Assembly (NCBI GenBank): GCA_002308955.1
Contig: DBWJ01000046.1
Coordinates: 1-49,312, forward strand
Reading direction: 5' to 3'
Source: Lachnoclostridium sp. UBA1241
GTDB lineage: Bacteria; Bacillota; Clostridia; Lachnospirales; Lachnospiraceae
Length of the DNA: 49,312 bases
Shown here in pieces: positions 25,297 through 34,018 of the stretch. The notes below the pieces were generated by a model, which saw nothing but the letters and a program-made list of their open reading frames with translations, ran no database searches and was not told where the DNA came from. The position numbers and the translations under genes are program-made. The first letter of the stretch is position 1; each line of letters opens with the position of its first letter.

Positions 25297-25536
25297 TTAT
25301 GAGTTGGTTTGTTTCTTCGTTCTTTTTTCTTCCTTCCGGAGGAAGCGGTCATTGCTCGTCCGCAGCCGGAAGCTGTCTTTCGCGACATAATTGGCGGCGT
25401 TTCTGGATTTCGCCACGTTCTTCATGCCGCCCTTCATGATCGAGATGGTGATCAGGGCTACGATCAGTCCGATAACCGCCGCGATGATGTAGCTTTTCAC
25501 CGTAAAATCGGCGAATAAAAGAATCATACCGTACAT
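25297..25536 (-). CDS. Small single-pass membrane protein with a basic tail
   Basis: 79 aa. TM helix SYIIAAVIGLIVALITISIM. GGAGG lies 6 nt upstream of ATG 25536, overlapping the stop of the preceding gene. Confidence 0.55.
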   Translation of the reverse strand: MYGMILLFADFTVKSYIIAAVIGLIVALITISIMKGGMKNVAKSRNAANYVAKDSFRLRTSNDRFLRKEEKRTKKQTNS

Positions 25537-25546
25537 CCTGCACCTC

Positions 25547-26611
25547 CTACAGTAAACTCAGCAAAGTGCCGAGAATTACCGTGATCGCGCCGAACACGCC
25601 CCAGAAGTATGCGTTCTTGCGCTGCTTGCTGATCGGGAGCTCGCCGACCATCTTGCCGGTCTGCCCGTTGATCGCGTAGCGGTAATCCTTGCCGCCGTAC
25701 TTGCAGTTGATAATGTAAACCGGAAGCAAAACGTACTTCACGGAAGGTGACAGAAGCCGAAGGTTCTTGCCGGCCACGCGAAGATTCGAATAATCCTTCG
25801 CGGTGCTGCGGAACTTATCGACCGTGCTCGCGATCATCAGTTCCTCCGCCCTGCCGATGCTGGCGTCGGGATCCTGGTCAAAGCGGTCTGCCAGATAACC
25901 GGAAAGATAAGCGGTACGGAAGTCCGTAATCTCGTTAAAGTCGTACGGTCCGACCGACTCCATCAGCGCGTCGTCCATCTTCACCGCTCCGTCTACGGGA
26001 ACGTTCACGAACGCGAGCTGACCTTCGCGGTCCAGTTGGAAATAAGAGGTTTCCTCCACGCGATACTCGCCCTCGTCAAACCGGCGCTGCTTTTCGGCGT
26101 CAAATACGACTGCGCCGTCCACCGTGCCGTCAAACAGCCAGAACGGTACGTAAACACCCTGCACGTCCTGAATCCGCTTGTTGGTGAAGAAATCCCTGGG
26201 AAGAAGCTTCTTTCCCTTTCCGAAGGAATCCACAATGGATTTCATGCGGTCCTTCGTAATCTTGAACGGGATGATGCCGTTCGGTTGAAGTCCTCCGTCG
26301 AAAGCATCGTTGATGACAACTTCGCTGTCGCAATAAGGGCAGTGGGTTGCCGCCGTGTTGCCGTCCGTCAGAATCTGTGCCCCGCAGGACTTACAGATAT
26401 ATACCTTAGTGGACATATCCGTGATCTGCTGAAGATTCGCTTTGTAATCACCCCAGCTGAACGCGGAACGGCTCACTCCGCCCTGCGCCGCGGCTTCCAT
26501 GTCGGCAACTTCATATTGGTTACCGCAGGCCGCGCACTCGAGCTTTCCGCTCGCGGCGCTGTACTGGAGCGCTGTACCGCAGGCAGGACACTTATAAAAC
26601 GTGTTGTCCAT
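25547..26611 (-). CDS. YdjG-like zinc-ribbon protein with a C-terminal membrane anchor
   Basis: Two Cys4 ribbons: CPACG..CAACG and CKSCG..CPYCD. C-terminal TM helix FWGVFGAITVILGTLLSLL. ATG 26611 lies 5 nt after GAGGAGG. Confidence 0.7.
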   Translation of the reverse strand: MDNTFYKCPACGTALQYSAASGKLECAACGNQYEVADMEAAAQGGVSRSAFSWGDYKANLQQITDMSTKVYICKSCGAQILTDGNTAATHCPYCDSEVVINDAFDGGLQPNGIIPFKITKDRMKSIVDSFGKGKKLLPRDFFTNKRIQDVQGVYVPFWLFDGTVDGAVVFDAEKQRRFDEGEYRVEETSYFQLDREGQLAFVNVPVDGAVKMDDALMESVGPYDFNEITDFRTAYLSGYLADRFDQDPDASIGRAEELMIASTVDKFRSTAKDYSNLRVAGKNLRLLSPSVKYVLLPVYIINCKYGGKDYRYAINGQTGKMVGELPISKQRKNAYFWGVFGAITVILGTLLSLL

Positions 26612-26809
26612 TCCTACCTCCTCTTCCGTTTTCATCAGCATAATCGCTATGCTCGAAGTAAGTCTATTTTACCAAATTTAAAAAGAGAATTCAATAACAT
26701 TTAGCGCAAGAAGTATGACTTTTATGTGTCTTTGGCATTTGGCGCTTCCGATTGCACAAATTGTATAAACTTCTGTCAAAATCTTCTCATTTTTCGAACC
26801 TTATTACTC

Positions 26810-26839
26810 TTGACATTCCCTTCGGGAAAAGGCTATAAT
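26810..26839 (+). promoter_or_regulatory. Sigma-A promoter of the BMP ABC transporter operon
   Basis: TTGACA-18 nt-TATAAT. Confidence 0.6.
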
Positions 26840-26902
26840 TCTTACTGTAATCGGCTTCCGCCGATTGCTCACACTATACATGTTTTGAAGGAGAGAAAAC
26901 TT

Positions 26903-28117
26903 ATGAAAAAGTTTGTTGCCATGCTCCTTTCACTCGTAATGGTCCTCGCTCTTACCGCCTGTGGTTCCGGCAAGAAGGACTCCGAGGGAAGTGAAGAGTA
27001 CAAGAACATCAAGGTCGGTCTTATCTGCCTGCACAATGAGCAGTCCACTTACGACCTCAACTTCATCAACGCAATGAAGGACGCCTGCAAGCAGCTCGGT
27101 ATCCCGGAGAGCCGTATGATCATCGTAACCGGTATCGACGAGAGCAACGCCTGCTATGAGGCTGCCAAGGACCTTGTAGACCGCGGATGCAACATCATCT
27201 TCGCAGACTCGTTCGGTCATGAGGATTTCATGATCCAGGCTGCCAAGGAATTCCCGAAGGTTCAGTTCTGCCATGCAACCGGTACGAAGGCTCACACAGA
27301 GGGTCTTCCCAACTACCATAACGCTTTCGCAAGCATTTACGAAGGCCGTTACGCTGCCGGCGTTGCCGCAGGTCTCAAGCTGAACGAGATGATCGAGTCC
27401 GGCAAGATCACCGCTGACAAGGCCGTTATGGGTTATGTCGGTGCTTACACCTACGCCGAAGTTATCTCCGGTTACACCTCTTTCTATCTCGGTGCCAAGT
27501 CCGTATGTCCTTCCGTTACCATGAAGGTACAGTTCACCGGTTCCTGGTATGATGAGACTGCAGAGAAGGAAGCTGCCGAGAAGCTTATGAACTCCGGCTG
27601 CGTTCTGATCAGCCAGCATGCTGACTCCATGGGTGCTCCTACCGCATGTGAGAAGGCCGGCGTTCCGGACGTTTCCTACAACGGTTCCACCGTTTCCTCC
27701 TGCCCGAACACATTTATCGTATCCAGCCGTATCAACTGGGCTCCTTACTACATTTACGCAATCAACTGCGTAAAGGACGGCAAGGACATTGCCAAGGACT
27801 GGACCGGCGGTTTCGCTGAAGGTTCCGTAGAACTTTCCGAGATCAACGAGAAGGCTGCCGCAGCAGGCACCAAGGAAAAGATTGACGCTGTTGTTGCCGA
27901 TCTTAAGGCAGGCAAGATTAAAGTTTTCGCAACCGATACCTTTACCGTTAAGGGTGCTGCCATTACTTCCTATATGGCTGATATCGACAGCGATAAGGAT
28001 TATACCGGTGATACCGAGGTAATCAAGGACGGTTATTTCCATGAATCCGAGTTCCGCAGCGCTCCCGCTTTCGATCTCCAGATTGACGGCATCGAGCTTC
28101 TGAACTCCGCATTCTAA
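26903..28117 (+). CDS. BMP family (PnrA/Med-like) lipoprotein, ABC transporter substrate-binding protein
   Basis: Signal peptide and lipobox MKKFVAMLLSLVMVLALTAC. GAAGGAG RBS. BMP-like body. First gene of the ABC operon. Confidence 0.9.
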   Translation: MKKFVAMLLSLVMVLALTACGSGKKDSEGSEEYKNIKVGLICLHNEQSTYDLNFINAMKDACKQLGIPESRMIIVTGIDESNACYEAAKDLVDRGCNIIFADSFGHEDFMIQAAKEFPKVQFCHATGTKAHTEGLPNYHNAFASIYEGRYAAGVAAGLKLNEMIESGKITADKAVMGYVGAYTYAEVISGYTSFYLGAKSVCPSVTMKVQFTGSWYDETAEKEAAEKLMNSGCVLISQHADSMGAPTACEKAGVPDVSYNGSTVSSCPNTFIVSSRINWAPYYIYAINCVKDGKDIAKDWTGGFAEGSVELSEINEKAAAAGTKEKIDAVVADLKAGKIKVFATDTFTVKGAAITSYMADIDSDKDYTGDTEVIKDGYFHESEFRSAPAFDLQIDGIELLNSAF

Positions 28118-28166
28118 TTTCGGTTTTATAACTGCAAGACAGGAATAAGACCTGCGAAAGAAATCC

Positions 28167-28205
28167 ATCAGCGGGGCCGATAAGTGCCCCGCTGATATTC
28201 GTTTC
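28167..28205 (+). terminator. Intra-operon hairpin (possible attenuator) after the binding-protein gene
   Basis: AUCAGCGGGGC-CGAUAAGU-GCCCCGCUGAU followed by a weak AUUCGUUUC tract. Confidence 0.4.
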
Positions 28206-28232
28206 AGCAATAAGTAACAGGAGGGCTCCGAC

Positions 28233-29861
28233 GTGAGTGCAGTACCCGCCATAGAATTAAAGGGCATCACCAAAACCTTCGGGGACGTGATTGCCAACCA
28301 GGACATCGATCTTTCGGTATACCGCGGGGAGATTCTTTCCATTCTCGGAGAGAACGGAAGCGGCAAGACGACGCTGATGAATATGATTTCCGGCATCTAC
28401 TACCCGGATTCCGGGCATATCTTCATCGACGGCGAGGAGGTATTGATCCGTTCCCCGAAAGACGCGTTTCAATATAAGATCGGAATGATTCACCAGCACT
28501 TTAAGCTGATTGACGTCTTCACCGCGACCGAGAACATCGTCCTCGGTCTTACGGACGGCCGCTATGATCTTGCCGCTTATGAGAAGCGCGTGCAGGAGAT
28601 TTGCGACCGCTACGGGTTCAATCTTGACCCGAAGAAGAAAATCTACGACATGTCCGTATCCGAAAAGCAGACCGTGGAGATTATCAAGGTGCTGTTCCGC
28701 GGAGCTGACATTCTGATCCTCGATGAGCCCACCGCCGTTCTTACGCCGCAGGAGACCGACCGTCTCTTCGACGTGCTCCGTCATATGCGTGACGACGGCA
28801 AAGCCATTATCATCATCACCCACAAACTGCACGAGGTGCTTTCCCTCTCCGACCGCGTTTCCGTTCTCTGTAAAGGTCGTTATGTCGGTACGGTCGTTAC
28901 GAAAGAGACCGATGAGATGAAGCTGACCGAGATGATGGTTGGTGCCAAGGTGGACCTGAATATTCACCGGAGCGACCCGGTCAATCCGACGCCCCGCCTG
29001 ATCGTGAACGGCCTCAACTGTAAGAACGAGGACGGAATACCCGTACTTAAGAACATATCATTTACCGCAATGAGCGGAGAGATTCTCGGTATTGCCGGCA
29101 TCGCCGGAAGCGGCCAGAGGGAACTTTTAGAGTCCATCGCCGGTCTCCAGCAGCTGGAATCCGGAGAAATCTCTTATATGAATCCCGCCTCCGGCGAAAC
29201 GGAGGACCTACGGAACAAATCCCCGCGCCGCATCCGTGAACTCGGCGTACGGCTTTCCTTCGTTCCCGAGGACCGTCTCGGCATGGGCCTTGTCGGTAAC
29301 ATGGGCATCATCGACAACATGATGCTTCGAAGCTATGAAACCGGCCGCGGTTTCTTCCTGAACCGTACCGCTCCCGCATCGCTTGCCGACCAGATCATCA
29401 GCGACCTGCAGGTTGTTACCCCCGACGCGAAGACGCCCGTACGGCGCCTCTCCGGCGGTAACGTACAAAAGGTTCTTGTAGGACGTGAGATTGCCTCGGC
29501 ACCCACCGTTCTGATGGTTGCTTACCCCGTACGAGGGCTGGATATTAACTCTTCCTTTACGATCTACCGCCTTTTGAATGAACAGAAGGAGAAAGGCGTT
29601 TCGGTTATCTTCGTCGGCGAAGACCTGGACGTTCTGATCGAGCTCTGCGACCGGATTCTCGTCCTGAGTTCGGGAAGCATCTCCGGCATTGTCGACCCGC
29701 GAAGCACCGCCGATGAGAAGTCCTTAAAGGAGCAGATCGGACTTCTGATGACGAAGAAGGTGGAGGACGCTCCGGCAACTGCGGCAAATGTGAAGGCTGC
29801 GGAGGCTGCGGAAGCCGTGGAAGCACCGGAAACCGGAAAGGAGGAAACGGAACGTGAGTGA
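28233..29861 (+). CDS. ABC transporter ATP-binding protein with two fused nucleotide-binding domains (sugar/nucleoside importer type)
   Basis: Walker A GENGSGKTT and GIAGSGQRE. Signature LSGGNVQK. Walker B ILILDEPT. GTG start lies 7 nt after GGAGGG. Confidence 0.9.
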   Translation: MSAVPAIELKGITKTFGDVIANQDIDLSVYRGEILSILGENGSGKTTLMNMISGIYYPDSGHIFIDGEEVLIRSPKDAFQYKIGMIHQHFKLIDVFTATENIVLGLTDGRYDLAAYEKRVQEICDRYGFNLDPKKKIYDMSVSEKQTVEIIKVLFRGADILILDEPTAVLTPQETDRLFDVLRHMRDDGKAIIIITHKLHEVLSLSDRVSVLCKGRYVGTVVTKETDEMKLTEMMVGAKVDLNIHRSDPVNPTPRLIVNGLNCKNEDGIPVLKNISFTAMSGEILGIAGIAGSGQRELLESIAGLQQLESGEISYMNPASGETEDLRNKSPRRIRELGVRLSFVPEDRLGMGLVGNMGIIDNMMLRSYETGRGFFLNRTAPASLADQIISDLQVVTPDAKTPVRRLSGGNVQKVLVGREIASAPTVLMVAYPVRGLDINSSFTIYRLLNEQKEKGVSVIFVGEDLDVLIELCDRILVLSSGSISGIVDPRSTADEKSLKEQIGLLMTKKVEDAPATAANVKAAEAAEAVEAPETGKEETERE

Positions 29862-31044
29862 AGTTAAGAAACCAAAGAACGTTCGCGAGCCGCTCTTCCA
29901 TCTGGCAAAACGTGACAACCTTTCCGGGAAGAAAGCGCTTCTGATCCGGCTCAGTGCAATTGCCGTCGGCATTCTGATCACCTGTATCTTCGGTTTTCTG
30001 ATCGTCGGCTGGACGCCCCTTGACATTCTGCAGACCCTTATCGACGGTACCTTCGGAACTTCGAACCGCCGCTGGGATCTCATGGAGAAGACAGCGATTC
30101 TTCTGTGCATCTCCCTCGCCGTAACGCCCGCCTTCCGGATGCGTTTCTGGAACATCGGCGCGGAGGGCCAGACTTTGGTTGCCTGCCTCGTATCCGGCGC
30201 CTGCATGCTGAAGATCGGCGACAAAGTCCCGAATCCGCTTCTGCTTCTTATCATGCTTGTCGCATCGGTTGCGGCCGGCGCTCTGTGGGCGCTGATCCCC
30301 GCAATCTTCAAAGCGTTCTGGAATACCAACGAGACGCTGTTCACACTGATGATGAACTACGTTGCGGCGCAGATTACATCATATTACGTTTATATCTGGT
30401 CCGTCCCGAAGGGCTCCGGACACGTCGGCATCATAAACAGCACGACGAAGGCCGGATGGCTCGTGTCCATCGGCGACAAGCCCTACCTGCTGACAATCCT
30501 GATCGTCGCCGTGATGACCGTCATCTCGTACATCTATCTCAACCATTGCAAACACGGCTATGAGATTTCCGTCGTGGGCGAAAGCGAGAAGACGGCGCGC
30601 TACATCGGCATCAACGTGAAGAAGGTAATCCTCCGGACGATGATTATCTCCGGCGCCATCTGCGGACTGACCGGTTTCCTGATCGTATCCGGCGCCGATC
30701 ACACCTTCATCAAGGATTCCGTCGGCGGCCTCGGTTTTACCGCGATCATGGTATCGTGGCTTGCAAAGTTCAACCCGCTTGCGATGACATTTTTCGCATT
30801 CCTCATTGCCTTCCTCGGGAAGGGCTCCAATGAGATCACGACACTTACCGGCCTGGATTCTTCGTTCGCGAACATCGTTACCGGCCTCGTAATCTTCTGC
30901 GTAATCGGCTGTGAGTTCTTCATCAACTACACGATCCGGTTCCGGAAGAAGGAAACCCCGGCCGCGGAAAAGCCGGTAGCACCGGCGAAAACCGACGAGC
31001 CGGAAGCTGAAACCGAAACTACGGAAAAGGAGGCGCAGTCATGA
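29854..31044 (+). CDS. ABC transporter permease (BMP/nucleoside system) with a charged C-terminal tail
   Basis: Polytopic protein. GTG start overlaps the ATPase stop by 8 nt. RFWNIGAEGQ motif. Confidence 0.85.
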   Translation: MSEVKKPKNVREPLFHLAKRDNLSGKKALLIRLSAIAVGILITCIFGFLIVGWTPLDILQTLIDGTFGTSNRRWDLMEKTAILLCISLAVTPAFRMRFWNIGAEGQTLVACLVSGACMLKIGDKVPNPLLLLIMLVASVAAGALWALIPAIFKAFWNTNETLFTLMMNYVAAQITSYYVYIWSVPKGSGHVGIINSTTKAGWLVSIGDKPYLLTILIVAVMTVISYIYLNHCKHGYEISVVGESEKTARYIGINVKKVILRTMIISGAICGLTGFLIVSGADHTFIKDSVGGLGFTAIMVSWLAKFNPLAMTFFAFLIAFLGKGSNEITTLTGLDSSFANIVTGLVIFCVIGCEFFINYTIRFRKKETPAAEKPVAPAKTDEPEAETETTEKEAQS

Positions 31045-32072
31045 TTATATTTTCCTTTATTCGAAGAGCTGTCATGCAGGGCGTGCCGCTTCTGTACGGT
31101 TCCACCGGTGAGATCATCACCGAGAAGTCAGGTCACCTGAACCTCGGTATTCCCGGTATCATGTATATGGGCGCCATCGGCGGCGTTATCGGCGGCTTCT
31201 TCTTTGAACAGACCGGCGCCGATTTCAGTCATTGGTACATCCGTGTCCTCGCAATCCTAATCGCGCTGTTTTGCTCGCTGTTCTTCTCGTGCCTGATGGG
31301 ACTTCTGTACTGCTTCCTGACCGTATCGCTTCGCGCGAACCAGAACGTTACCGGTCTTGCCCTCACCACCTTCGGTGTCGGCGTCGGCAACTTCTTCGGC
31401 GGCTCACTGATCAAGATTTCCCACGCGGACGTTCCGACCGTTACGCTTACGAAGACAAGCAGCTGTTTCGCAAAGCATCTGCCGTTCGTGGATACGGTGA
31501 ATAAGATGGCTGCTGATAACAAATGCCCGAAGATTCTTGCGGAACTCTGCCAGACAATCTTCTCCTACAGTACGCTTGCCTATCTGTCCATCGTGATCGC
31601 GCTGATTGCGGCGCACGTTCTGATGAAGACACGCGTCGGCCTGACGCTTCGTGCCGTCGGTGAAGACCCGGCGACCGCGGATGCTGCCGGCATCAACGTA
31701 AACCGCTATAAGTACGTTGCCACCTGTCTCGGCAGCATGATTGCCGGCCTCGGCGGGCTTTACTACATCATGGACTACGCCTCGGGCGTATGGTCGAGCG
31801 ACGGTTTCGGCGACCGCGGATGGCTTTCCGTGGCACTCGTAATCTTCTCCCTCTGGAGACCGAATCTGGCCATCATCGGATCGTTCCTGTTCGGCGGTCT
31901 GTACATCGTGCACAACTACATCGGAGGCCTCTCCATGCAGGCTCAGGAGCTCTTCAAGATGTCTCCCTACGTGATGACGCTTCTCGTTCTGATCTTCGTA
32001 AGCATCAAGGAAAAGAAGGAAGCTCTCCCGCCCGCGCACCTCGGACTGAACTACTTCCGCGAAGAGCGGTAA
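31041..32072 (+). CDS. ABC transporter permease (BMP/nucleoside system)
   Basis: Polytopic protein with a 4-nt overlap with the preceding permease gene. GHLNLGIPGIMYMGA motif. Confidence 0.85.
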   Translation: MIIFSFIRRAVMQGVPLLYGSTGEIITEKSGHLNLGIPGIMYMGAIGGVIGGFFFEQTGADFSHWYIRVLAILIALFCSLFFSCLMGLLYCFLTVSLRANQNVTGLALTTFGVGVGNFFGGSLIKISHADVPTVTLTKTSSCFAKHLPFVDTVNKMAADNKCPKILAELCQTIFSYSTLAYLSIVIALIAAHVLMKTRVGLTLRAVGEDPATADAAGINVNRYKYVATCLGSMIAGLGGLYYIMDYASGVWSSDGFGDRGWLSVALVIFSLWRPNLAIIGSFLFGGLYIVHNYIGGLSMQAQELFKMSPYVMTLLVLIFVSIKEKKEALPPAHLGLNYFREER

Positions 32073-32089
32073 AACACCAAACATAGCAA

Positions 32090-32120
32090 GAGCCGTCGCT
32101 GCTGCGACGGCTCCTTTTTT
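32090..32120. terminator. Rho-independent terminator between convergent operons
   Basis: GAGCCGUCGC-UGCU-GCGACGGCUC followed by CUUUUUU on the + strand. A U-rich stretch is also present on the - strand side. Confidence 0.75.
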
Positions 32121-32135
32121 GCCCGTTGGCCCATA

Positions 32136-32975
32136 CTATAGTTCTTCGCTCCTTAATTGCTCCAACCGTTCACTCGGAGAGTCCCACTCTTCGGGCAGTT
32201 CCTCCTCGTGAGCAATCAGGACGGAATAGGCGCTTTCAAGCGTCTCCCGGATGGATTCCCGCTCGTCCTCGTCATCACTTTCATGAAAGGACTGCTCGGC
32301 GATGTTAATCAGATCGTACAGAACCGAATATTTTTCCACAGAAAACGGCTCCTGAGGGGTGGTTGTGGCATCCGGCGAATCGCCTTGCGCTGCTTTCTCC
32401 GAAGAGGAATCCGTCGGTACTTTCGCACTCTCCCGAATCTCCCGCGCCCGGTACTGTTTATAAGTCAGTCTTCGTACAAGGAAAAGGACCAGACAGCCGA
32501 TTCCTGCGAAAAGAACCGGGTTTTTAAGATCAGCAGGCAGGTCCGAAAGGAACGAGAGCTGCTCCGGCAGATCGGGCTGCAGGGCAATGACGCATTCCAT
32601 TCCGAACAACACTAGGATTACAAGAAGCAGCAGAACATCCACCGGTCCGAAGCGCCGCCTCGTAAAATCCACCCTGGGCATCAATTCGACCTGCAAGGAT
32701 TCCGCAAGCTCGATCGCGCCCTTGGTGAAGGTGGAATTGGTCATGACGATGGCGCGGTCGCATCCGTAATAGGTGGTGGCTGCATATACCTCCTGCACGG
32801 CCTTGTTTCCGACCGGCGACCGGTAGTATTTGCATTGCACCGCGCACTTTTCCTTCTTCCGAAAAGCAATGATGTCCGCTCCCTGATCCCTGCTCGCCTG
32901 CGTCACGGAAACGTCCCGAAAGCCCTTCTTTCGAAGGTACTCCGCACAGGCCAGTTCATATTCATATCCGTTCAT
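32136..32975 (-). CDS. Mrr-type restriction endonuclease domain protein with two transmembrane helices and an acidic C-terminal region
   Basis: Mrr_cat-like N-terminus: YELACAEYLRKKGF...DQGADIIAF...AVQCKYYRSPVGNKAVQEVYAA...AIVMTNSTFTKGAIELAE. TM helices VDVLLLLVILVLFGMECVIAL and VLFAGIGCLVLFLV. Only a 2-nt gap to the upstream rSAM gene. Confidence 0.75.
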   Translation of the reverse strand: MNGYEYELACAEYLRKKGFRDVSVTQASRDQGADIIAFRKKEKCAVQCKYYRSPVGNKAVQEVYAATTYYGCDRAIVMTNSTFTKGAIELAESLQVELMPRVDFTRRRFGPVDVLLLLVILVLFGMECVIALQPDLPEQLSFLSDLPADLKNPVLFAGIGCLVLFLVRRLTYKQYRAREIRESAKVPTDSSSEKAAQGDSPDATTTPQEPFSVEKYSVLYDLINIAEQSFHESDDEDERESIRETLESAYSVLIAHEEELPEEWDSPSERLEQLRSEEL

Positions 32976-32977
32976 AT

Positions 32978-34018
32978 TTACTTATCCATAGCGCTTGCGC
33001 ACCGGGGTGCCTCATACAGCTTCCCGTGCACGAAGAAATTGTAGGAACGGCAGCCGCCCGCGCAATACGCACCGTGTTTGCAGTCGGCGCAGGGCCCGGT
33101 CAGCATGCTTCTTTTGAATTTGCGGTTATACGAAAAGCCGTCCGGATTCTCCCAGATCTCGCGAAGGCTCTTCTTTCGGAGGTTGCCCTCGTTGAACCGC
33201 TCATCGTACATCGATTCGCAGCCGCGTACATTTCCGATGCTGTCGATTCCGACGGCGGAAATCCCGGCGCGGCATCCCGCGAAGACGGCCTGTCCGCTCA
33301 TGTTTCCGCGGATGCTGCCCTCCTCCGGCGTAAAATACCCGATATTGTCGGCGACTCCCAGAAGGAACGGCGCCGTACGCATATTCGTATCGACAAATCG
33401 GATGACCTCCCGCGGGTCAAACGCGTAATCCACGCCGTTGTTCGCCGCATTTCCCATCGGCGAACATGCCTGCAGTTGCCAGGCGAAAATCGGGTACTGT
33501 TTCAAGGTTTCGTATAGTTCCGGAAGCTTAGGGACATTCTCCCGGTTCAGCGTACTGATCACGGAAACCGGAATTCCGCTCTCGCCGAGCACCTGAATCG
33601 CCCGGATGGCGCGGTCGTAACTGCCCTCCTGGCGGTACTTATCGTGTACCTCGCGGGGTCCGTCCAAAGAAACCGAAACGGATTCGATTCCGACTTCCCG
33701 AAGGTCATCAATCAGGTTATCCGAAAAGAGAAATCCGTTGGTGATGATGTTGACGCGGACGCCGTTCTTCGTAAGGCGCGCGGTAATTTCCTTCCAGTCC
33801 TTCCGCATGAACACTTCGCCGCCGATCAGCGATACGCGGCGGCAGCCGAGTTCCGCAAGCCAGTCCGCGACATTCAGGCACTCCTCTGTCGAGAGTTCTC
33901 CTTCACGGGCGCGTCCGCCGCGGGAACCGCAGTACTTGCATGAGAAGCAGCAGGCAAGCGTAATTTCCCACACGCATCTTCTAAGCTTAAACTTCATAAT
34001 CCGGTGTCGGCTCAGCAA
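32978..34018 (-). CDS. Radical SAM / SPASM domain protein
   Basis: CxxxCxxC cluster in ITLACCFSCKYCGS. C-terminal SPASM pattern: FAGCRAGISAVGIDSIGNVRGC...GNLRKKSLREIW...CADCKHGAYCAGGCRS. The start is either TTG 34018 (GGAGGGGG upstream, overlapping the preceding stop) or ATG 33997. Confidence 0.85.
   Translation of the reverse strand: MLSRHRIMKFKLRRCVWEITLACCFSCKYCGSRGGRAREGELSTEECLNVADWLAELGCRRVSLIGGEVFMRKDWKEITARLTKNGVRVNIITNGFLFSDNLIDDLREVGIESVSVSLDGPREVHDKYRQEGSYDRAIRAIQVLGESGIPVSVISTLNRENVPKLPELYETLKQYPIFAWQLQACSPMGNAANNGVDYAFDPREVIRFVDTNMRTAPFLLGVADNIGYFTPEEGSIRGNMSGQAVFAGCRAGISAVGIDSIGNVRGCESMYDERFNEGNLRKKSLREIWENPDGFSYNRKFKRSMLTGPCADCKHGAYCAGGCRSYNFFVHGKLYEAPRCASAMDK

Noticed and set aside
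26930-28396. 488-aa minus-strand ORF.
   Set aside because: It is antisense to the BMP lipoprotein gene, which has a signal peptide, a lipobox and an RBS, and to the start of the ATPase gene.
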